This document shows positions 7,675-15,037 of a stretch of 27,326 nucleotides of DNA, in pieces. The notes under the pieces are model-generated. The model was given only the letters and a program-made list of their open reading frames with translations, made no database searches and was not told where the DNA came from. The stretch covers positions 1-27,326 of IMG/VR virus record IMGVR_UViG_3300049211_000051; one strand, written 5' to 3'. How positions within the stretch are numbered: the stretch's first letter is position 1; every line of letters starts with the position of its first letter. This DNA comes from a virus (Duplodnaviria; Caudoviricetes). Position numbers and translations under genes: made by a program.

Positions 7675-8801
7675 TGGCTTCCGCGCAATACCTGGACTTC
7701 GGCGTTCCCTTCCCGCCTTACCCCGGATCCAGTTCGGGCGCTTTCGAGACCTTTGCCCTCGATGCATCCGGCGACCGCATCGCCTGGACCTTCATGCCTG
7801 CCGAAGCGCATGTCATCACCGAGCTTGCGGTTCCGGTCGGAAGCCGCACCGGCACGCCCCCCACCTACCGAATCAGCTTGCAGGGAGTGGATTTATCGAC
7901 CGGAAACCCGGACGGGACGGTCCTGGGAGGCGGGAGCCCGGCCAGCGCCACCTTTACCCCGCCCGCCGACACGACCTGGAATAACACGATCCAGTGGATC
8001 ACCCTCTCTAATAGCTTCACCGTATCCCGCGGCACCATGTACGCGATCGTAATCGACTACTCCAGCGGGACCGTGGACGCGTCGAACTTCACGACCATCA
8101 ACAATGGTCATACCAATATCGGGGCGCGCTCCGGAAACGTCATCGCCCAGCAATACACGGGGACTTGGAGCAAGCGCAATATTGCCCCGGTATGGGGATT
8201 TCGCACCTCCACCCAGACCTTTGGGAGCCCGATCAAGAGCTTCTTCACCACGGCGTTTTCCAGTGACACAGCCAGCGGAAGCGGCGGCGACGAACGCGGG
8301 ATGAAGTTCACGCTTCCCGCAGGATGGGGGGCGACGTTCAAAGTCCGCGGTATCCGCTGGATCGGGAATATGTCCGCTGCCGCAAAGACGATCACGGCGA
8401 CACTCTACACGGGGACCACGGCGCTACAGGACGTGACCATCGACTCCGACACGGCCCAAGGCACCGGAAATTACATGACCTATACGGCCATGTTTGACGA
8501 GTCCAGCCTGACGGCGCTGGACTTCGGAAGCGCCTATTACGTGGCCGTGAAGCCGAATGAGACGGCCTCGAACCTCGGTATTTACGGCCTAGAACTTGCG
8601 GCAGCCCAAGACCGCGAGTGTTTCGGATTCGGCCTAAACTCCCTGTGGGCATTCCGCACGGATGCGGGCGCATGGGATGAAACCGTTACGACACGCGCCC
8701 CGCTGATGTGGCTCATACTGGACGACATCACCGAGCCCGCTGCAGGCGGGGGCGGCACCGTCGGCCATGGTCTCACCCGTAGCCTTTTGGTGGGGCGGTA
8801 A
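7674..8801 (+). CDS. Putative virion structural protein, beta-sandwich / carbohydrate-binding-like (375 aa)
   Basis: TAATG coupling; T/S/G-rich beta-type composition in two similar halves (GTMYAIVI / GSAYYVAV); ends in a linker plus short tail AAGGGGTVGHGLTRSLLVGR. Confidence 0.6.
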   Translation: MASAQYLDFGVPFPPYPGSSSGAFETFALDASGDRIAWTFMPAEAHVITELAVPVGSRTGTPPTYRISLQGVDLSTGNPDGTVLGGGSPASATFTPPADTTWNNTIQWITLSNSFTVSRGTMYAIVIDYSSGTVDASNFTTINNGHTNIGARSGNVIAQQYTGTWSKRNIAPVWGFRTSTQTFGSPIKSFFTTAFSSDTASGSGGDERGMKFTLPAGWGATFKVRGIRWIGNMSAAAKTITATLYTGTTALQDVTIDSDTAQGTGNYMTYTAMFDESSLTALDFGSAYYVAVKPNETASNLGIYGLELAAAQDRECFGFGLNSLWAFRTDAGAWDETVTTRAPLMWLILDDITEPAAGGGGTVGHGLTRSLLVGR

Positions 8802-8804
8802 ATC

Positions 8805-10118
8805 ATGCTGAACCTCGGCAAAGTCAAACCCGGCACCACCCTTTACATCCCCTTCGACACGTTCGGGACCAATGGCGAGAGCCTGACCATGTCCGGCCTT
8901 GCTGCGGGTGACATCAAGGTGTACAAGGACGGCGGCACCACCGAGCGGGCCAGTACCTCCGGCTTCACGCTCTTGGATACCGACGGCATCGACTTCGACG
9001 CCCTGACGGGTATTCACGGGGTCAGTATCAGCCTGGCCGACAACACCACGGCCGGTTTCTGGGCCGCAGGGTCCAAGTATTTCGTGGTCATCGACTCCAT
9101 CACGGTCAACACCCAGACCGTTCGGTTTGTCGTCGCTACTTTCGAGATCGCCATCGAGGGCGCGGTCCTTTCGACCACGATCGCGACCCTCTCCAGCCAG
9201 ACCAGCTTTACCCTCACCGATGGGCCGGCGGAGGACGACGCCCTGAATGGGTGCGTCATGTACGCGCATGACGTGGCTTCGGCTGTCCAGGGTGGGTATG
9301 CCTATGTGAGCGACTACACCGGGGCCACCAAGACAGTAACCCTGGTAGCGGGGCCGACCTTCACCATGGCCGCAACGGATAACGTGGGATTCTTCCCGCC
9401 CATCCAGGTCTTTGGGTTCGGCGGGACCGCTGGGACGTTCTCGGCGGGGCGTCCGGAAGTGAATACCACGCATGCGGCTGGGACGGCTTGGGGATCGGGG
9501 GCCATCACGGCAGCCTCTATTGCCGCCAACGCCATCAATGCCGCGAAGCTGGACCCGGACGTGACCACCGAGCTGCAAAGCGGGCTCGCGACTGCCGCCG
9601 CCCTAGACACGGTGGACAACTTCCTCGACACCGAGGTGGCGGCTATCCTGGCTGCGGTGGATACCGAAGTCGCAGCCATCAAGGCGGTCACCGACCTCCT
9701 CCCCGATGCTGGGGCGCTATCCTCGCTTGCCACTCAGGCCAGCGTGAACACGATCGACGATTTCCTGGACACGGAGATCGCCACCCTGATCACCCAGACC
9801 GGGGCTGCAGCCATCCGCACCGCGCTAGGGCTCGCGTCTGCCAACCTGGATACTCAGTTGGACGCCCTGCCGACTACGGCCGAAGTGTTGACCCAAGTCA
9901 ACGCGGCTCTGGACACCGCCATCGCCGAACTTGGAGTAGCCGCCCCGACCGCGACCCCGACCCTGCGCACGGGCTTGATGCTCCTGTACATGGCTCTGCG
10001 AAACAAGACGACCAGTACGGCCACACAGGCGACTATCTCGAATAACGCTGGGACAACCATCGCAACCGCCGCACAGTCGGACGACACTGTGACCTACGAG
10101 AAGGGGGAGTTTGCCTAG
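8805..10118 (+). CDS. Putative fibre/stalk structural protein (437 aa)
   Basis: Very A/T/D-rich. N-terminal beta domain followed by helical repeats VDNFLDTEVAAI / VDTEVAAI / IDDFLDTEIATL. Confidence 0.6.
   Translation: MLNLGKVKPGTTLYIPFDTFGTNGESLTMSGLAAGDIKVYKDGGTTERASTSGFTLLDTDGIDFDALTGIHGVSISLADNTTAGFWAAGSKYFVVIDSITVNTQTVRFVVATFEIAIEGAVLSTTIATLSSQTSFTLTDGPAEDDALNGCVMYAHDVASAVQGGYAYVSDYTGATKTVTLVAGPTFTMAATDNVGFFPPIQVFGFGGTAGTFSAGRPEVNTTHAAGTAWGSGAITAASIAANAINAAKLDPDVTTELQSGLATAAALDTVDNFLDTEVAAILAAVDTEVAAIKAVTDLLPDAGALSSLATQASVNTIDDFLDTEIATLITQTGAAAIRTALGLASANLDTQLDALPTTAEVLTQVNAALDTAIAELGVAAPTATPTLRTGLMLLYMALRNKTTSTATQATISNNAGTTIATAAQSDDTVTYEKGEFA
9607..9790 (+). repeat. Intragenic DTEV/IAAI peptide repeats (3 copies)
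   Basis: GACACCGAGGTGGCGGCTATC, GATACCGAAGTCGCAGCCATC and GACACGGAGATCGCCACC; the protein is conserved while the codons have diverged. Confidence 0.7.
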
Positions 10119-10330
10119 TGGCTATCGATACTGCCGCCAAGCGTAGGAACACGGTGCGCATCATGCTGATGCCGCTTTACTTGGGTCTGAATACGGACGG
10201 AGCGATTGACAACGACGACCGCGAGAATGCTGGACGCGGCTATATCGGCTTCGACTACGCCGCCGCCCCGGCCGCCGTTACCGTTGTGGTCCGCTCCCGA
10301 ATCCGTCAAGGAATGGGCATAGGCTTCTGA
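10118..10330 (+). CDS. Small protein (70 aa, GTG start) ending in GMGIGF; putative spike adaptor
   Basis: TAGTG overlap, with GGGAG upstream; C-terminal AAAPAA linker then RSRIRQGMGIGF. Confidence 0.65.
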   Translation: MAIDTAAKRRNTVRIMLMPLYLGLNTDGAIDNDDRENAGRGYIGFDYAAAPAAVTVVVRSRIRQGMGIGF

Positions 10331-10352
10331 TGGGCAAAAAGCACCCCATTTC

Positions 10353-10362
10353 CCCTACTTTC
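10353..10362 (+). promoter_or_regulatory. Partial copy of the late motif (CCCTACTTTC only)
   Basis: 9/10 match to CCCTACTCTC in the intergenic gap before 10384; the upstream half-site is not conserved. Confidence 0.35.
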
Positions 10363-10383
10363 AGAGAGAAAACGAGGTAAATC

Positions 10384-10677
10384 ATGGCCGGAATCATTCG
10401 CAGTTCGGGGCTTCTCGCCTACCAGAAAAACATCACCACGGACCTGGATGATACCGCCGCAAATGCCAACGCGGTGCAAAAAGGCAATTGTGCCAACGCG
10501 ATCCTGGTAGGCCAGGACGGTAGTTCAACCGGAGCGGTTAAAATCCGCTTCGCCGACGGGACCGATGACACCCTGCCCTACCTCACCCCGGGGATCTGGC
10601 ATAACATGGCCCCCTTCACCCATGTCTATTCGTCGGGCACCACGGCGGATACCGTGCGCGTGGGAGTAACTTTTTGA
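10384..10677 (+). CDS. Head-spike base protein, RcGTA rcc01079-like (97 aa)
   Basis: Pattern AILVG...GAVKIRFADG...TL..LTPG...VYSSGTTA..V matches my recollection of the family consensus ALYVG..G.V.V....G..VTF..VPAG..LP....V..TGTTA..I. Size fits; GAGG SD upstream. Confidence 0.7.
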   Translation: MAGIIRSSGLLAYQKNITTDLDDTAANANAVQKGNCANAILVGQDGSSTGAVKIRFADGTDDTLPYLTPGIWHNMAPFTHVYSSGTTADTVRVGVTF

Positions 10678-13188
10678 ATGGCCGCCAAGGATTGGACCTT
10701 TGACATATCGAAGCTGGCCCTTGGGAAGCCGCTCACGCCGGTTTCGTTCGGTATGCAGCCGCAGAACACGGCCACTCAGCCGAAGGCGCCCACGGCTCCC
10801 TATGACCCGTTCGGAGCGTTCAAATCGCCGTCGCTGCCGTCCGGGTCCAGCACCTTCATGCCGGGCGGTTCCGTGCCCTTGCCGACAACCCAAGCGCCTA
10901 CCAATATGTTCAACCCAGCAGGTTCGGCGACCCAGGGGATCAGCCCGCTCCCAAACATCGGCCCTACGGCGCCCGGAAAGTCTTTGCAGGATAAGCTGGT
11001 CCCGCCGCTTCCGACCAATACAAACGTCCAGACCGCTTTGCCGGCCTCGTTGCAAAAAGGGGCCATGGTTTCGCCTCCCGTGGCGACTCCTGCCCCAACA
11101 AACACCAGCGTCGCCACGCCCGCGCCCGCGTCCTTGTCCAAGGGCCCGATGTCAGCAGCCACCCCGACCCCAACGCCCAGCACCAGCGTAGCCACGCCGG
11201 CCCCTACGTCCCTGGCCAAGGGTGCGGTGGACGCCAAGACCGGCGCCGCCATCGACCCCAAGGCCAAGCCTACCGAGCCGGTCCAAACCCCGCCGGTCTC
11301 GCCGTTCCAGGATGCCTACACCAAGGCCATGGCGGAACTGAAGGCGATCGTGACCCAGGACGACCCGCGGTATAAGGCCGCAGTCAATCAGTTCATCACA
11401 AACTCCTCGCTCATGGACCAAGCGGATCGGGACATGCTGAAGATGCAAATCAACCAAGACCCCAACCTGCGCGGGCAGGGGGCGGGGATTGCCTTGATGC
11501 AAGTCTTGAACCGGGACCAGCGCTTCAGCCTCGACCAGGGCATCGCCCAGCTTTCCAACGCCAACCTGGAGCGGATCGTCAACCTGCAGAAGTACGGGCT
11601 GGAAACCGGGCTCAAGATAACCGAGGCGTACAACGCGCAGAAGAAGGACGCCTTCAATACCTTGCTGACCAATGGCCAGTTTGGCGCGGCGGCCTCGACG
11701 CTTCAGTCGATCTTCGATGAGCAGTTCCCGAGCCTGGGGCTCAAGGTGGACGCGGACAGCCTCAAGAGCCGCGACCCGTTCACGTTGAACCAGATGGCCA
11801 CCAAGCTGGACTTTGTGAAGTCCTTGGCCTCCAGCAATCCCGCCGCGGCCCTGCCCATCGTGCAATCCCTGCTTACCGACCCCCAGTTCAAGGATTACTT
11901 CCCCGCGGGGATGACGGCCGAGCAGGTGATCCAATCCTTCGCTATGGGGCAGGTACCCCAAAACCTAGTGCTGGCCCAGGGCGTGCAGAAGACGATCAAT
12001 GAACTTGCGGCATCGGGCCAGTCGTTCGATGAGACCGGCAATAGCTACGCCGAACTGTTCCGCCTGATGGGGCGGAACGCCGTCACCAAAGGCCGGGAGT
12101 TGACCCTGGAGAGCATCAACAGCCTGCGGGCCGCCCAGGGGCTTCCGGCCTTCCAACAGGGCGCGGACGGGTCTATCGTGGACGACCAGGGTAACCCCTT
12201 GGATGACCAGGATTATACGGAACTGGCCTACCGCAAGGACTACCAGGACCGGGTTACCAAGTCCTCCGAAAAGCCTTGGGAGGCGGTGTATAAGCAGCTT
12301 CTGGGCACGCCCGGATTGGGTGAGAAACTGCTCAAACCGGAGCTATATCCGGGCGCAAACGATGCGGTCAAGAAGGTTTTGGCGGGGATTTCACTCGGGA
12401 CCGATCTGTTCTACAAGGACCCATCTACCGGCCTATGGTCCCTGGACATGAACAAGGCGAACCTCTCGATGAGCAATCCCGAGCTGCAGCCGTACTTCAT
12501 GAACTGGCCCACCGCGGCATTCAACCCGGATGGGACCGTGGCCGCGTTCACCCCCGGCGGGTACGTGTACGGGGAGATCGTGAACGGCAAGCCCATCCTT
12601 TCGACGCCCGAGGACGAGGCCTTGGATCAGGCTTACTTCGCCTACCGCAACACCGGGGGCACCCTGGACCCCACCGCGTGGTACTTCGCGACTCAAGGCG
12701 GGAAGGCGGTCAAGCCGAACGAGGCGATGATCCCGGAGCAGTACCGGCCGAAGGGGGAGGACTTCCAGAACGTGGGGACGACCCTGGTCAAGGGCGCGGG
12801 TCCGGCTACCGGGGTTTCGACCGAGGCCCCGCAACCGGGGACCCTGGCCTCTCTGGATGCGGCCAAGGCCAAGCTGACCGAATCCATGAAATCCCTTCCC
12901 CCGTCCGTGAAGCAAAGCCAAATCGAACTTTACTTGGATGGCGTTTCCGGATCCGACTCGCAGGCGAGTAAGGATCTGTCCACGGCCCTAGCCTTCATCG
13001 CCAAGGACCAGACCCTGCCGGGCTACGCGGCCAACAAGACCACCCAGGCGGGCAAGGACTACGCCGCTTTCGTGATGATGGTCAAGGGTGGATTGCCTGA
13101 AGCGAAGGCGGCCGAACTCCTGATCCTGGCCATCGGGGATCGCTTCAAAACGTCCTACAAAGCCCTGACCGGAAAGGAATGGGTCTAA
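10678..13188 (+). CDS. Putative internal virion / DNA-ejection protein (836 aa) with Pro/Thr-rich N-terminus
   Basis: About 200 aa of low-complexity P/T/A/S, then a Q/A/L-rich helical region; no Cys; heads a run of ejection-like genes. Confidence 0.5.
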   Translation: MAAKDWTFDISKLALGKPLTPVSFGMQPQNTATQPKAPTAPYDPFGAFKSPSLPSGSSTFMPGGSVPLPTTQAPTNMFNPAGSATQGISPLPNIGPTAPGKSLQDKLVPPLPTNTNVQTALPASLQKGAMVSPPVATPAPTNTSVATPAPASLSKGPMSAATPTPTPSTSVATPAPTSLAKGAVDAKTGAAIDPKAKPTEPVQTPPVSPFQDAYTKAMAELKAIVTQDDPRYKAAVNQFITNSSLMDQADRDMLKMQINQDPNLRGQGAGIALMQVLNRDQRFSLDQGIAQLSNANLERIVNLQKYGLETGLKITEAYNAQKKDAFNTLLTNGQFGAAASTLQSIFDEQFPSLGLKVDADSLKSRDPFTLNQMATKLDFVKSLASSNPAAALPIVQSLLTDPQFKDYFPAGMTAEQVIQSFAMGQVPQNLVLAQGVQKTINELAASGQSFDETGNSYAELFRLMGRNAVTKGRELTLESINSLRAAQGLPAFQQGADGSIVDDQGNPLDDQDYTELAYRKDYQDRVTKSSEKPWEAVYKQLLGTPGLGEKLLKPELYPGANDAVKKVLAGISLGTDLFYKDPSTGLWSLDMNKANLSMSNPELQPYFMNWPTAAFNPDGTVAAFTPGGYVYGEIVNGKPILSTPEDEALDQAYFAYRNTGGTLDPTAWYFATQGGKAVKPNEAMIPEQYRPKGEDFQNVGTTLVKGAGPATGVSTEAPQPGTLASLDAAKAKLTESMKSLPPSVKQSQIELYLDGVSGSDSQASKDLSTALAFIAKDQTLPGYAANKTTQAGKDYAAFVMMVKGGLPEAKAAELLILAIGDRFKTSYKALTGKEWV
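11030..11225 (+). repeat. Intragenic tandem repeat (PASLQKG / TSVATPAPASLSKG / TSVATPAPTSLAKG)
   Basis: CACCAGCGTCGCCACGCCCGCGCCC versus CACCAGCGTAGCCACGCCGGCCCCT, period about 78 nt. Confidence 0.75.
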
Positions 13189-13850
13189 TGGCCATCCCGA
13201 CCCCCATCAACCCCTTCGAGGAGAAGCCGGCCGGGTACTTCCCCCAGCAGGCGCCGAGCGCCTACGCGGGTTTCAATTCGCCCCCGCCGCTCTCGCCCTA
13301 CATTTCCGCCCCGGCACCCGCCGCTGGAGCCGTTCCGGGCGCCGCCCAAGCCCAAAGCACCCTGGGATACCTCGCGCCCATCGCCTCCGGCTTTGCCGCG
13401 GGCAGCCAGGCCCAGCCCACCACCTCCGCCGCGGGCGCCACCATGCAGGCTGTAGGGTCAGGCGTGACCGGTGCGGCCTCCGGTGCTGCCCTGGGGACCA
13501 TGATCGCCCCCGGTCCTGGGACTGCTATCGGCGCCGGCATTGGGGGCTTGGTGGGCCTTGTGTCCGGCGGGATCCAATCGTTCTTCGGCCTCAAGCAGGC
13601 CCGCGCCCAGAAACGGGACTTCGACCGGCAGATTGCCGAGATCAACCGCAAGGAAGCTGAACGCTTGGCCTATGAGAAGGAATTGAACGCCCAGGCGCGA
13701 GCGGACACCCAGGAGAGCCTGCGGTACAACCGGAAGCAGGCAGCCCTCTCCAGCCAATTCAACGCCTTCAACTCGGTGCTTGCCCTCCTGAATAACAACC
13801 AGGCCCAAGCCCAGGGCAACCGAAACACCTTCATCGAGCAGGGGCGATAA
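13188..13850 (+). CDS. DNA-ejection/pilot protein, P22 gp7 / T7 gp14-like (220 aa)
   Basis: TAATG coupling; glycine-zipper GAASGAALGTMIAPGPGTAIGAGIGGLVGLVSG followed by a Q/A/R coiled coil. Confidence 0.7.
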   Translation: MAIPTPINPFEEKPAGYFPQQAPSAYAGFNSPPPLSPYISAPAPAAGAVPGAAQAQSTLGYLAPIASGFAAGSQAQPTTSAAGATMQAVGSGVTGAASGAALGTMIAPGPGTAIGAGIGGLVGLVSGGIQSFFGLKQARAQKRDFDRQIAEINRKEAERLAYEKELNAQARADTQESLRYNRKQAALSSQFNAFNSVLALLNNNQAQAQGNRNTFIEQGR

Positions 13851-15037
13851 TGCCGATCATGCGACCCGTCCAGGAACCGATTTTGGGCTTCGGCGTGTCC
13901 GGGGCCGGGGTGCAGGATGCCGTCGGGGCCGCCGCGCCCATGGTGCAAGCGTCCCAGAACCTGGAGCAGCGGGGGATCAACGCCCAGAAAGCCCAGGAGG
14001 CTGCGAATTACCAGAAGCTGCTCCGGTCCGGAGCGGACGGTATGCGGGCGTATGCCACCGAGGTGGCCGGGATCCACCCGGAGCTGGGCCAGCAATTGGC
14101 GCAGGAGGCGGAGCAGTACGCAACGTTCTTCAATGACCCCAACCTGACCGGTGACAAGGCCGAGCAGTACGCGAGCCATTTCTACGAGAGCGCGAATAAC
14201 CGAATCAAGTATGCGGATGAGCAGTCGGGGAAAGCCAAGGAAGCCCAGGCCAAGGCCGAGGCCAAAGCAAAGGCGGATCAAGCCTTTGCCGCATGGGATG
14301 CCACGTCCAAGGCCGAGCAGGAAAAGCTGGGGTTTAACCTCAAGGATACCGACATCAACCGGATTGCGTCGTCCGCCTCGCCGGAAGTCCAGGCCCACGA
14401 ATCCTATCAAAAAGCCGTGGACAACCTCAAGAAGAAGACGCCGGTCAATGAAACCGGAACGGTTCGCCGGGACGCGCTGAATGACAAGCAGGAAGAAGAC
14501 GCCTTGCGCCGAGCCATCGCGTTCAAGGAAAAGAACGCTTCGGCCATCGGCGCCGGGACACGCCTGAAGAAAATCGATTCCATCCTCACCCGCATGGGCG
14601 TGGAAGGCGGCATTCACGGGGACCCGAAGGGGAGCATCGAGGGTGCCGGAATCGGGGCCAAGACGTTCAAGAAGTGGCTTCAGGGCAAGGATGCGGTGGA
14701 ATTCCGCAACACCCTCCAATGGCTTCACAATGGCATCCGAAACCAGTTGTTTGGCGCGTCATTGACCGAGGGTGAAATGGCGGCCTTTGAGCAGGCGGCC
14801 GGTACCGGGAACCTGTCGAATGAGCGCGACCTAATCACAGGCTTGCAGAATATTTATGCCGAGCTGGATCAAAACCTTAGGCCCATCGGCGACCAAAGAA
14901 CGAAGGATATCATCAAGGCAGAGGGAATATTCACCCGCGATGATTTGCCTCACCCGAAGAAAGCGAAAGGCGTCACCCTGGGCAAGGGACAAAAGAAGGA
15001 CTTCGGCGGCGGGATATCGGTTGAAAGGATGGATTGA
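13850..15037 (+). CDS. DNA-ejection protein, P22 gp20-like position (395 aa)
   Basis: A/Q/K/E-rich helical protein with late GASLTEGE motif; lies between the gp7-like and gp16-like genes. Confidence 0.6.
   Translation: MPIMRPVQEPILGFGVSGAGVQDAVGAAAPMVQASQNLEQRGINAQKAQEAANYQKLLRSGADGMRAYATEVAGIHPELGQQLAQEAEQYATFFNDPNLTGDKAEQYASHFYESANNRIKYADEQSGKAKEAQAKAEAKAKADQAFAAWDATSKAEQEKLGFNLKDTDINRIASSASPEVQAHESYQKAVDNLKKKTPVNETGTVRRDALNDKQEEDALRRAIAFKEKNASAIGAGTRLKKIDSILTRMGVEGGIHGDPKGSIEGAGIGAKTFKKWLQGKDAVEFRNTLQWLHNGIRNQLFGASLTEGEMAAFEQAAGTGNLSNERDLITGLQNIYAELDQNLRPIGDQRTKDIIKAEGIFTRDDLPHPKKAKGVTLGKGQKKDFGGGISVERMD

Noticed and set aside
10384-10677. Whole region as a gene transfer agent because of the RcGTA-like spike base
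   Set aside because: RcGTA has an HK97-type portal, a protease and a tailed-tube module; this region has a P22-like portal, ejection-like genes and accessory ORFs typical of a phage.
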